A stretch of DNA of 64,000 nucleotides from Gemmatimonadaceae bacterium (GTDB lineage: Bacteria > Gemmatimonadota > Gemmatimonadetes > Gemmatimonadales > Gemmatimonadaceae). The DNA lies in the NCBI GenBank assembly GCA_051859245.1, contig JBHYGA010000004.1, positions 256,001 to 320,000 on the forward strand, in the 5' to 3' direction. The translations under genes and the position numbers were made by a program. The stretch's first letter is position 1, and every line of letters starts with the position of its first letter. Of the stretch, positions 19,492-28,382 are shown one piece after another. Below the pieces are notes generated by a model. The model was not told where the DNA came from, did no database searches, and saw only the letters and a list, made by a program, of their open reading frames with translations.

Positions 19492-19535
19492 AAGCGCTCG
19501 CCGGTGGCCGCGTACACGGTCATCAGCGAGCGCTT
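19492..19535. terminator. Hairpin between convergent genes
   Basis: AAGCGCTCGCCGGTGGCCG-CGTACA-CGGTCATCAGCGAGCGCTT, with G-U wobbles and one mismatch. Confidence 0.65.
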
Positions 19536-20991
19536 ACGCAAACGCCTTCTTGATGCGGTTGATCGTCATCGGTTGCTCAAAGTAGTTGCAGTGCCACACA
19601 CCGCTTTTGTCACCAAAGCGGTATGTGCGCCCATCAGCAATCGCACCACGCACAGGTCCAAGATCGGTCATGCTCGCGGTGTCCACGACCAGATCATTCG
19701 CTTCGGGAAAAATGCGATCTGCTGCCGTGTCGGCCGCAGTTGATTTGCGAAAGTATTTCCAGAACGCGAGACCGGGATCATCTGTCTCGTAGTTGGTGAG
19801 CACCGCATTGTACTCGGCACGCACCACGCCCGCGTGATCACGCAGTCGCGACAGCTCAGCGTTATTCGACACCATGGACTGTCCCTGCAATCCCGGAATC
19901 AGCGCAACAGCTGCATCGATTGATCCGCGTTTGCCAAGATTGTCAATCGGCGGAATCGAAAACTTCTCTTTAGCGCGCCCACCCAGGAACTCGAGCATCG
20001 CAAATCCGGCTGTTGCGAACGGATGCGCTTTGGCCGCTACACCCAGGGTCTTCGACAACAAGCCACCAATGTTCGTGAGCAGACTCACCAGCGGCTGAAT
20101 CTTGTCTGGCGCCGCGAGACTGGTGCCGGCCAGCGGTGTGCCCGCCAGAAACACGCGCACCGTTGCACCCGACTCGGCGAGCGCGTGACCCAGCACTTCC
20201 AGCCACCAGCTCACCACCACTCCGCCGCGACTGTGCGCAATCACATCGAGTTGTCCGCTCGTGGCGCCCATTGTGCGCGCCAGGTCGAGCGCATTCACCC
20301 ACGGGCTGACCGACAACGTGTGGTGTTCAAAACACACGACCTGGTCATAGTCGCCGTTAATGGCCGCCGACAACCACTGTTTGCCGGTTGACGCGGTACC
20401 CAAACCGGAAATAATGCTGGTGGCGTGCGAGAACGTGCCGTGGACAATCAGCAGCGTTTTGCCTGTGAACGGACCGCGCACGGCGGGTCCCGCTGCAAAC
20501 GTTCCATCCGCGTGTTGCACCACCCTGCGCAATCCCATCTTGCTATCGGGGTTCAAACGCTCGTCGACCTGCGCCAACCGTTCCATGTATTGGTTGGGCT
20601 CAAGCCGAGGCATGCGCACACGCGCGAGTTCTTCATTCCACGGACGTGGTGTGATCGTGATACGATTGCGACGACTTGCCCGTGCACGTCGCGTTACGGC
20701 GCTCGGTGAACGCACAGCTGCCACGTCATCGGCCGAACGCCAGAGCAACACACCGTCGGCATTTTCAACCAACACATACTCGGCGTGGTACGCATCGCGC
20801 TGAGCGGACAACGAGGCACGACGTCGCCGCACCAGCTGCGGGGATGGCTCGCCGTCAAACGGATCATCGGCGGCGCGCAGGTTCGATGTGGCCACATCGT
20901 GCTGGTCCGCTTCGGCAAGCACGGTGTGCAGCGTATCGAGCACACCCGCGTGCCGCACCGAGGCCGGACGATCATCGTGCGTGGTGGCCAT
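19534..20991 (-). CDS. Lipase/esterase-like alpha/beta hydrolase with uncharacterised N-terminal domain (paralog 2)
   Basis: LLIVHGTFS, AHSRGG (Ser codon 20230-20232), GTPLAGT, NDLVVD, VWHCNYF; no signal peptide. Confidence 0.8.
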   Translation of the reverse strand: MATTHDDRPASVRHAGVLDTLHTVLAEADQHDVATSNLRAADDPFDGEPSPQLVRRRRASLSAQRDAYHAEYVLVENADGVLLWRSADDVAAVRSPSAVTRRARASRRNRITITPRPWNEELARVRMPRLEPNQYMERLAQVDERLNPDSKMGLRRVVQHADGTFAAGPAVRGPFTGKTLLIVHGTFSHATSIISGLGTASTGKQWLSAAINGDYDQVVCFEHHTLSVSPWVNALDLARTMGATSGQLDVIAHSRGGVVVSWWLEVLGHALAESGATVRVFLAGTPLAGTSLAAPDKIQPLVSLLTNIGGLLSKTLGVAAKAHPFATAGFAMLEFLGGRAKEKFSIPPIDNLGKRGSIDAAVALIPGLQGQSMVSNNAELSRLRDHAGVVRAEYNAVLTNYETDDPGLAFWKYFRKSTAADTAADRIFPEANDLVVDTASMTDLGPVRGAIADGRTYRFGDKSGVWHCNYFEQPMTINRIKKAFA

Positions 20992-20993
20992 GG

Positions 20994-23567
20994 TCAGCGC
21001 TCACCCGCAATAATCGGCAGCGGGGTGACAGGCGGCGACGACCGGCGCGCCACGCGAATGTCGAGCAGCGAATCGAATGCGTTGCGGTCGGCCAGATTGT
21101 CGAGCCCTTCCTGTTGCGCCTGCGCAAAGGGATAACCAAAACACAGTCCGGTTGACTCGAGCAGGCACAGCGCGTCGGCGCGAACATACCCCTGCAACTC
21201 ATCGTAGCCCTGCGGCCCCACGCGCCATCCGTACGGATCCACCAGTTCAATGCGACCAGAACGAAACGCCGACTCACCAAGTGATCGTACGCGACCTTCA
21301 GGTGGACGGGCCACTGTCATGAACTCCTCCTGGTACGCGTCAGCGCGCCAGTAGCCGACAAAACAGTGTCCGGTGATCAGTACGAGACACGCGTGGATCT
21401 CTACATATTCAAGACACGCGGCAAGCAGCAGCGACAAGTCAATACAAGTGCCGCTCGACGTGTGCAACAACTCACTTGGCGTGCGCAACCGCTGTCCACC
21501 GCGCGAATACGCCGGTGGTGGATTGATGTACAGCAGCTTGCGATCGTTCACCAGCGCGGTCCAGATCGCCTGCACCTGCAAATCAGTCCGATCGGTCGCG
21601 TGCGCACCGCCGTCGGGATCGTCGACCTGCTGATAGCCGTCAAAACCGGCGTTCGTATCATCAGTCAGCGCCACCAGATATTTGCGTGCTTCGCCAATAA
21701 TGCGTGCGATCGCCGGATCGCGCGGCAGCACGAATGACGGCAACCACGGATTGTTCTTGGAATCGTCGTACCATTCGTCTACCGGTAGCAGCGCTACGCG
21801 ATGCGTGTCTTCATGAGCCACTCGGCCTTCCCACGTCACGCGGGTGTACACCGTGGTGTGCGTGCGCTCATGCAATGAACGCAGCAGCGGTGCGGTCAGC
21901 GGAAGCGTGACCGCATCGGCGAGCGCCACGTGCGGTTCACTCAGGCTCAGTGTTCTGCGGAACTGCTGTACCACGCCACCGGCCTCAAGCTCCACTTCCA
22001 CGCGCACATCATCGAGATCGTGATCAACTAGTTTGCTCAGCGTAAACGTCTTGAGCGCACTGCGCCGGTTGTGCAGCAGTGAATAGTTGATCTCGGACGG
22101 CACATCGACATCAACCGCGAGTACCTCTGACACGCGCTGCTCGCGCGAACGTTGGAGCTCGGCCTTCAATGCGGCCTGATCCGCATCATCGTCAGTGCTG
22201 AATGTGACCGCAGGATCGTCCGCGCGTGCAGCGATGGCCTTGTTGATTTCTTCAACCGGCTCGCACGTGCACATCCACAGCACAATGCCGGTGCCGTGCA
22301 GGTCGTGCCCTTGCTCATCCAACTGTACCCACGCGCGTCCAAACGCTTCCGCGAGCGCGGTGAGCGTGGTCGCATCCTGGCACTCGCGATAGAACACGGT
22401 GAAGAAGTACTCAGCGACTTCGTCGGGAATCGTATCGAGAAAGCCAATGCTGACCTGCGCACCACGACGCAACATTTCCGGTGCCGTGTGTGCGCCGGAG
22501 TAGTGCAGGTTCAGCGTCACCAGCGCGGGTGGCGTTTTGCCAGTGGGAATCAATGCCTCGGCCAGGTCGACCGCGCTCACTACTTGTTCACGTGCGGTCT
22601 GCTGGAATACGCCGTCGGCGGTCATCCCTGGTTCAGCGCGTCGCACTTCTCGCGCCATGAGCATGCCACCGGGCTGTACGCGCGCCGGATCGGCATAGAG
22701 ATCGGGAATCAACGCGGCCGCCTGAATCGGATCCACACCGCTCACATGCACGAAGTGCGAATCGTTGGCCGGCAACGCGTTCATGTACGCGGCCAGCGCC
22801 GAGTGGGTCGAACGCGGTGGTGCGGTGTGGTGCGTTCGGTCAGAAGGCGGAAACACCATGTTGCTGGTGTCATTTGCGCCTACGGCGTGGCCGAGCCGCA
22901 GAATTTCGGAATCAAAGCTGTACACATCGCCAATGCGCCCGGGAGCAGACGTGACAATGGTCAATGTGCCCGCGCCCACTTCATCAGGGTGCGGTGGACG
23001 TCCGTCTGCGAGACACCGGGTAATCAGAACGCCCTGCGTGCGCCCGAGACAGCGTGTCGCCGCGCTCAATACGTATTCCCACGGAAACGCAAACGCGGCT
23101 TCGACCACATCGCGGGCGTGGTCCGCATCATGAAACGCATGACCTGCAATGCTGGAGTCGGCTAGCACCACTTGCAGTCGCTCCGAGGTGGCGAGTTGCC
23201 GCATAACGTCGGCGTCGAAACCGAGCAGCGACAGGGCTTCAACCGCGTACTCGCTGATCACCGCGCGCAGATCGGGATCGTGCGCCCAACGACTGCGCAT
23301 GCGCAGTGTGTAGCTCCAGTCCGCGCTCAAGCGAAGGATCTGGTGCGAGGCTTCGGGTGAACAATCGAATGACGCATGCGCGCCACGCAGTTGAACGAGC
23401 GGCGGCGGCTCGTGAAACTGAGCGGTTGTCGCACGTGCGTCTGTTCGCGACGTTCTCGAACCCGCCGCGCGCGACGTTGATTTGCGCGCGGCTTTTTTCG
23501 ACGCGGATTTTTTTGCGACTTGTTTTGAAGGCGCGCGCTTGCTCGGGGCTTTTTTGCTCGGGCTCAT
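20994..23567 (-). CDS. Multidomain protein: Lys/Ala-rich tail, degenerate CHAT/caspase-like domain, beta-rich linker, transglutaminase-like domain
   Basis: CHAT-like: FPWEY, HFVHVSG, LVTLNLHYSG, GAQVSIGFLDTIPDEVAEYFFTVFYRE. C-terminal: QVQAIWTAL, YINPPPAY, GQRLRTPSELL, GTCIDLSLLLAACLE, GHCFVGYW, LLEST. Confidence 0.7.
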   Translation of the reverse strand: MSPSKKAPSKRAPSKQVAKKSASKKAARKSTSRAAGSRTSRTDARATTAQFHEPPPLVQLRGAHASFDCSPEASHQILRLSADWSYTLRMRSRWAHDPDLRAVISEYAVEALSLLGFDADVMRQLATSERLQVVLADSSIAGHAFHDADHARDVVEAAFAFPWEYVLSAATRCLGRTQGVLITRCLADGRPPHPDEVGAGTLTIVTSAPGRIGDVYSFDSEILRLGHAVGANDTSNMVFPPSDRTHHTAPPRSTHSALAAYMNALPANDSHFVHVSGVDPIQAAALIPDLYADPARVQPGGMLMAREVRRAEPGMTADGVFQQTAREQVVSAVDLAEALIPTGKTPPALVTLNLHYSGAHTAPEMLRRGAQVSIGFLDTIPDEVAEYFFTVFYRECQDATTLTALAEAFGRAWVQLDEQGHDLHGTGIVLWMCTCEPVEEINKAIAARADDPAVTFSTDDDADQAALKAELQRSREQRVSEVLAVDVDVPSEINYSLLHNRRSALKTFTLSKLVDHDLDDVRVEVELEAGGVVQQFRRTLSLSEPHVALADAVTLPLTAPLLRSLHERTHTTVYTRVTWEGRVAHEDTHRVALLPVDEWYDDSKNNPWLPSFVLPRDPAIARIIGEARKYLVALTDDTNAGFDGYQQVDDPDGGAHATDRTDLQVQAIWTALVNDRKLLYINPPPAYSRGGQRLRTPSELLHTSSGTCIDLSLLLAACLEYVEIHACLVLITGHCFVGYWRADAYQEEFMTVARPPEGRVRSLGESAFRSGRIELVDPYGWRVGPQGYDELQGYVRADALCLLESTGLCFGYPFAQAQQEGLDNLADRNAFDSLLDIRVARRSSPPVTPLPIIAGER

Positions 23568-23613
23568 AGTGCGTCGGTGCGAGGACGTGTCACAGGAGTT
23601 GGCGGGCGATTCA

Positions 23614-25419
23614 TCAGGCGGGAATGTTCAGCAACGCGCCGCCACTGCGGTCTGCCGATTGTCGGCGGCGGCTGAGAATGGCTCGACGCCCCCGTCTTAC
23701 CGACGCAAGCGCTGACAGCGCTGGTGCGACCTCCGACTCGCCGTCAATCAGCCAGTGGCGCAGCTGCGCAATGATGTCAGGGTCGCGAAAGCACGTGGTG
23801 TGCATCGTGCGTCCGTTCTGTGGCAGCGCGAGCGTACGCTGCACATCAATCGGCAGGCCTGCCACCGTCGCCATCGAGCTCGTGTTCACCACTAAATCGT
23901 TCGCCTGACGCATCTGTGCGTCCATGGCCAGATCCCACAGCTTGAGCTTGAGCGCCGACGGCATCGCTTCGCTCGCGTCTTCTGCGCCGGCGCCATTGGG
24001 TTCATAGTCGTTGCTGACGGCGTGATATGTTTGCACGCGCGTTGCTGGCGGTGGTGACGTGTTTAGATCCTTCACGACCTGCTGCTGCGGATCCATCGCG
24101 GCGAGTCCAGGCACCGCTTCGCTGTCGAGCAGTGCGGTGGCAAGAAACCGAACAAGCGCGGCCACTCCGCGCGCAACCGTTTCAACCCACACGGCCGCAA
24201 CCGCCGCTGGTGGCAATGCCGTCGCAACGCCACGACACGCCGCCACCGCGAGATTTGTCATCACCGTGACCAGTGTATTCCACTGCGCGCGTTGTGCGAG
24301 CAGTGTGCCTGCGAGTGTAGACGCCACAAAAACCACACGTGCGAATGCGTCGGACCAACGTGTGCCCGGCACGAGCTGCTCGAGCAGCGTTCGTGTCACG
24401 AGGCCACCGCGACTGAACGCGATCACATCGATCACCGGACGGGTTGTGCCCGGCGGAAATGCGCGATCAAGCGCGTCCAGAATGGCTTGCGCGTTCTGCG
24501 CTGGTGTTTCGCTGAGTGTGCGGTGATTCCAGCCGAGAATGTGGTCGTACTGTTCGTGCATGGCGTGCAGCAGGGCCACGCCGGGCACGGTGAACCCGAG
24601 TCCGCCAAAGGAACCCACGGTTGAACTGAAGGTGCCGTGCACCAGCAGTAGCACACGCGGCGCGGCGCCGGGGAGCGTGGTTACTGGTGGCAGCGTAAAG
24701 CGCTCACCGAGAGTGGTCCATTCGGAGGGCACGGTAGACGCCACGCGCACAAGTCCGGCAGACACGCCTTTTTCGAGATGCTTGATCAACAGCCCGGTCA
24801 CCTTGCGGCGAATGAACTTGAAGAGCCATCCCCCAACGGCGCGCAGCACACTCGAGACGCGCCGGCGACGTGTGGTGTGCGTACTGCGCGTGGCAGGTGT
24901 CTGTGCCGCCGTGATGTTGAAGTGCGCGATGCGAGTAGCGGTGCGCGCGGCTGTTGACGCGCGTGGGCCATTCTCGCGTTGGCGTGTCGCGCGCTTGCGA
25001 GCCGCGCGACGTTGGTCCGTTGGTGCGTTACTCACGCGCGTGCCATCGGCGAACACCCAGTCGAGTTCACCGAACTCGTCGACGGTGAGGACAACTGCGT
25101 CTTCATCATCGGCGAGTTCAACGTCGACGGTGGTGGCTTGCATCGCGCCTGGCAGCACCGACGCACGTCGCGCACTCATGCCCGGACGACGCGGCCGAGG
25201 TGCGACCGTAAAGTTGGTCACGAGCTCAAAGCCCTGTCCTTCAAGTTCACGCAACAGGCGCGTGAGATCTTCTTCGGGCGGCGCGGCGCGGATCGTGCCG
25301 CGCGCCCGACGTTTGCGCGCGTCACCGCGCGGCGTGTTGCGCAACTGCGTGCCTGGCAACACGGCCACAGTCGCAGCGTGGTGCACGGTGACTCCGTTGC
25401 CCATCGAATGGCTCGGCAT
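23614..25419 (-). CDS. Lipase/esterase-like alpha/beta hydrolase with Arg-rich N-terminal region (paralog 1)
   Basis: LLLVHGTFSST, AFSRGG (Ser codon 24412-24414), ASTLAGT, VPGLAAM, NDLVVN, MHTTCF. Confidence 0.8.
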   Translation of the reverse strand: MPSHSMGNGVTVHHAATVAVLPGTQLRNTPRGDARKRRARGTIRAAPPEEDLTRLLRELEGQGFELVTNFTVAPRPRRPGMSARRASVLPGAMQATTVDVELADDEDAVVLTVDEFGELDWVFADGTRVSNAPTDQRRAARKRATRQRENGPRASTAARTATRIAHFNITAAQTPATRSTHTTRRRRVSSVLRAVGGWLFKFIRRKVTGLLIKHLEKGVSAGLVRVASTVPSEWTTLGERFTLPPVTTLPGAAPRVLLLVHGTFSSTVGSFGGLGFTVPGVALLHAMHEQYDHILGWNHRTLSETPAQNAQAILDALDRAFPPGTTRPVIDVIAFSRGGLVTRTLLEQLVPGTRWSDAFARVVFVASTLAGTLLAQRAQWNTLVTVMTNLAVAACRGVATALPPAAVAAVWVETVARGVAALVRFLATALLDSEAVPGLAAMDPQQQVVKDLNTSPPPATRVQTYHAVSNDYEPNGAGAEDASEAMPSALKLKLWDLAMDAQMRQANDLVVNTSSMATVAGLPIDVQRTLALPQNGRTMHTTCFRDPDIIAQLRHWLIDGESEVAPALSALASVRRGRRAILSRRRQSADRSGGALLNIPA

Positions 25420-25558
25420 GTGTGCCCGACGTCTGAGAATTGAGCGACGCGCGGTCGTACTGCGCAGCGTGATCCATATTTCAGACTACGATGAAGCGTG
25501 AGAGCGGGCCGTGCAAGCGAGCTGGGCTTTACCTGCTGGCGTTGTCGCGAACGCTCGG

Positions 25559-26116
25559 CTAGTGCCAGGTCAGCGAAATACCCACCTGATTGAAGTTCGC
25601 ACCGTTGCCATCAAACGACCCACCAACGCCGTTGATGAACGGTGTAATGCTAAAGTTGCGCGCCACACGCCAGTCGTAGCCAAGACCAAGGATCGCCGAG
25701 GTGCCCTCTTCGCTCACGCTGATGTTGCCACTACTGGCTTCAAGACTGCCAATTCCGAGTCCGCCTTGCACGAAGAATCCACCAGTGGCGGACGGGTAGA
25801 ACTTCGCCAGCGCCATCACGCCGCTCTGGGTGAAGGTCACGCCGTCCACGTCTTTCGACCACGCATTGATTGACGCACCCAGCTGCAAACGCTGCGACAG
25901 GCTGCCGCCGAGCGCGAGTTGCGCGGTGCCGCCGCCCTCTCGAGAATCACAGTCGTCGCAGCCGAAACTTCCGCCGCCAATGCCAACGGTAATCCAGAAG
26001 CCTTCACGGACCTGTGGTTTGCTTTGGGCAGCGAGCACGGTGCTCGTGAAGAGCACAGCGCTGCTGGCGAGTACGGTGGTGGTGAGCAGTCGACGCGCGC
26101 GGTTCGTGAAGGACAT
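25559..26116 (-). CDS. Small outer-membrane beta-barrel protein
   Basis: Signal peptide from ATG 26116; amphipathic strands; C-terminal VGISLTWH. Confidence 0.8.
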   Translation of the reverse strand: MSFTNRARRLLTTTVLASSAVLFTSTVLAAQSKPQVREGFWITVGIGGGSFGCDDCDSREGGGTAQLALGGSLSQRLQLGASINAWSKDVDGVTFTQSGVMALAKFYPSATGGFFVQGGLGIGSLEASSGNISVSEEGTSAILGLGYDWRVARNFSITPFINGVGGSFDGNGANFNQVGISLTWH

Positions 26117-26173
26117 GGTTTCCATCCGGGTTGTGAAGTTTTGGCGTTCGAACACGCCTGGCCTGCACATGCG

Positions 26174-27514
26174 CTACGGAACAACGAATGCGGCTTGCGT
26201 GCTCGCGCGAACCGCGTCAAGTAAAACGCCCGGCATGAGTTCACGCAGGGTCAACTGACCCTGCATGAAGTCGAACACGGCCAGATCGGTGATCACCACA
26301 TCAACAACGCCGCGTGCCGTCATCGGCAGCGTGCACTCGGGCACGAGCTTCGACCTGCCGTCCCGATCGGTATGTGTCATCATAATGATCCGCTTTTTCG
26401 CGCCGGTCGCCAGATCCATGGCGCCACCTACGCCCAGCAGCGGTTTGCCGGGCACTGCCCAGTTGGCGAGGTTGGCGTGTTCGTCCACCTGCAGCCCGCC
26501 CATGATGGCAACGTCCACGTGCCCACCGCGAATCATGCCGAAGGATTCGGTGCTGTCGAAATAACTCGCACCAGGCAGCGCCGTCACCGGGATCTTGCCG
26601 GCGTTTACCGGATAGTCGAGCGCACCACCGTCCTTGGGTGACGGTCCCACACCGAGCATGCCGTTTTCGGTGTGCAAGGTGACGCCATGTTGTGGTGTGA
26701 TGTAGTCGGCCACGAGTGTGGGAATACCGATGCCAAGATTCACGACGTCACCACGATGCAGTTCGCGCAGTGCACGTTGAACCATGGCGTGGCGCTTTGC
26801 GTCGAGCGGGTGACCGCCTGTTGCCACGGTGGCCGAGCTCCCAAGTTCGTGCGGCTGCAGCGTCGCTTGCACCAGATAATCCACGTAGCATCCGGGTGTG
26901 TGAATTGAGTCCGGTGCGAGTGTACCAACCGGCACGATCTCTTCAACTTCGGCAATCACGAGATCGGCGGCCGTTGCCATGGCGCGATTGAAGTTCTGCT
27001 CCGTCATGCGATACACAAGATTGCCGCTCGTATCCGCGCGCCATGCGCGAATGAACGCCACGTTTGCACGCAATGCGGGTACGAACACGTGTGGTACGCC
27101 GTGAAAGTCGCGTGTGTCAGCGTGTGCCGTAACGTCGGTGTGGGCGCCGGTTGGTGTGTAGAATCCGGCAATGCCCGCGCCGCCCGCGCGGATGGCTTCG
27201 GCGAGTGAGCCTTGTGGCAGTAGTTGCACGGAGAGCGCGCCACTTTGCGCGGCGGCAACCGCTTCGGGATTGCTGGTAAAGAACGACCCGATGGCCTTGG
27301 TGAGTTGCCCGTTGCGCAGCAGGCGACCGCCACCGAGTCCGGCTTCGCCCACGTTGTTGCCGATGAAGGTGAGATTGCGCGTGCCCGTTTCGGCGAGCGC
27401 GTGCAGCAGATGCACGGGATTGCCGGTCATGCCAAACCCGCCGGCCATAAGTACATCGCCGTTCTTTACTAGATGCGCCGCTTGCGCAGGAGTGATTTGC
27501 GGGACGTGGCGCAT
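26174..27514 (-). CDS. 3-oxoacid CoA-transferase, fused A and B subunits
   Basis: [37 protein letters not shown] (catalytic Glu), [12 protein letters not shown]; start set to ATG 27514. Confidence 0.92.
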   Translation of the reverse strand: MRHVPQITPAQAAHLVKNGDVLMAGGFGMTGNPVHLLHALAETGTRNLTFIGNNVGEAGLGGGRLLRNGQLTKAIGSFFTSNPEAVAAAQSGALSVQLLPQGSLAEAIRAGGAGIAGFYTPTGAHTDVTAHADTRDFHGVPHVFVPALRANVAFIRAWRADTSGNLVYRMTEQNFNRAMATAADLVIAEVEEIVPVGTLAPDSIHTPGCYVDYLVQATLQPHELGSSATVATGGHPLDAKRHAMVQRALRELHRGDVVNLGIGIPTLVADYITPQHGVTLHTENGMLGVGPSPKDGGALDYPVNAGKIPVTALPGASYFDSTESFGMIRGGHVDVAIMGGLQVDEHANLANWAVPGKPLLGVGGAMDLATGAKKRIIMMTHTDRDGRSKLVPECTLPMTARGVVDVVITDLAVFDFMQGQLTLRELMPGVLLDAVRASTQAAFVVP

Positions 27515-27575
27515 TAGCAGTTCGACGCGATCGCTGTGACGGTTTCCATTGCCGTGATCATACCGTTTACGCTGC

Positions 27576-28214
27576 TCACGGCGCGATAATCGTGCGAAAG
27601 ATGTCCTGCACGTCGCGAATTTCGGTGTCCGACACCGTGTGCGGACGCGACGGTAGCACACGTTCGTGCACCATCGCGCCCATGCGTCGCATTACATCCG
27701 CGGTTTCGCGCGCGCGAGAGAGCGGAATCCATTCGTCGGTATCACCCGTGCCGGAGTACACGGGCGTGCCGTCAAACGAACCGCTGTTATTCCACGTGGT
27801 GCCTTCGGGTCCGATCACGCCACCGGTAAACAGCACCACACCCGCGTAGCGCGTGGCGTTACGAACTGCGTATTCCGCGGTCAGACACGCGCCCTGCGAG
27901 AAGCCGAGCAGAATGATGCGTTCGCGTGGAATGCCGTGTGAGATCGCGTGCTGCACCCAGCTGTCGTACGCCTCAAGCGCGTGGTCGAGCCACGGCTGAT
28001 TGCGTTCCGTAGGCACCATAAAGCGCTCGGGATACCACGCTTTGTTGTGCGCCGCCGGTGCGATGCACGCAACACTCGGCCAGTTAAGACGCGCGACGGT
28101 GGCTTCAAGGCTCTCCGGTGAGCCGTTGCGCCCGTGCACGGCAATCACCGCGTGAGAGGCGGTGGCGAGCGGTGCGCCAGAGTGGCGGACAGGGGTTTGC
28201 AGGTGGGGGTTCAT
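27576..28214 (-). CDS. Phospholipase/carboxylesterase
   Basis: [30 protein letters not shown]. Confidence 0.9.
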   Translation of the reverse strand: MNPHLQTPVRHSGAPLATASHAVIAVHGRNGSPESLEATVARLNWPSVACIAPAAHNKAWYPERFMVPTERNQPWLDHALEAYDSWVQHAISHGIPRERIILLGFSQGACLTAEYAVRNATRYAGVVLFTGGVIGPEGTTWNNSGSFDGTPVYSGTGDTDEWIPLSRARETADVMRRMGAMVHERVLPSRPHTVSDTEIRDVQDIFRTIIAP

Positions 28215-28382
28215 GGCGAGCCTGAGTGCGAGTGGCGTCCGATAGACTGCTGACAATATCTACTGAAAATGTCTTGCTGCGGCATGCGCCCACCATCGCT
28301 ATCGGCGTCAGGGCGTGGAGTATTGGATTGCCGATCTGGAAGGCGTCTCGTTGAACGCTGGCTGCCCGACGCAGATCGTCCT

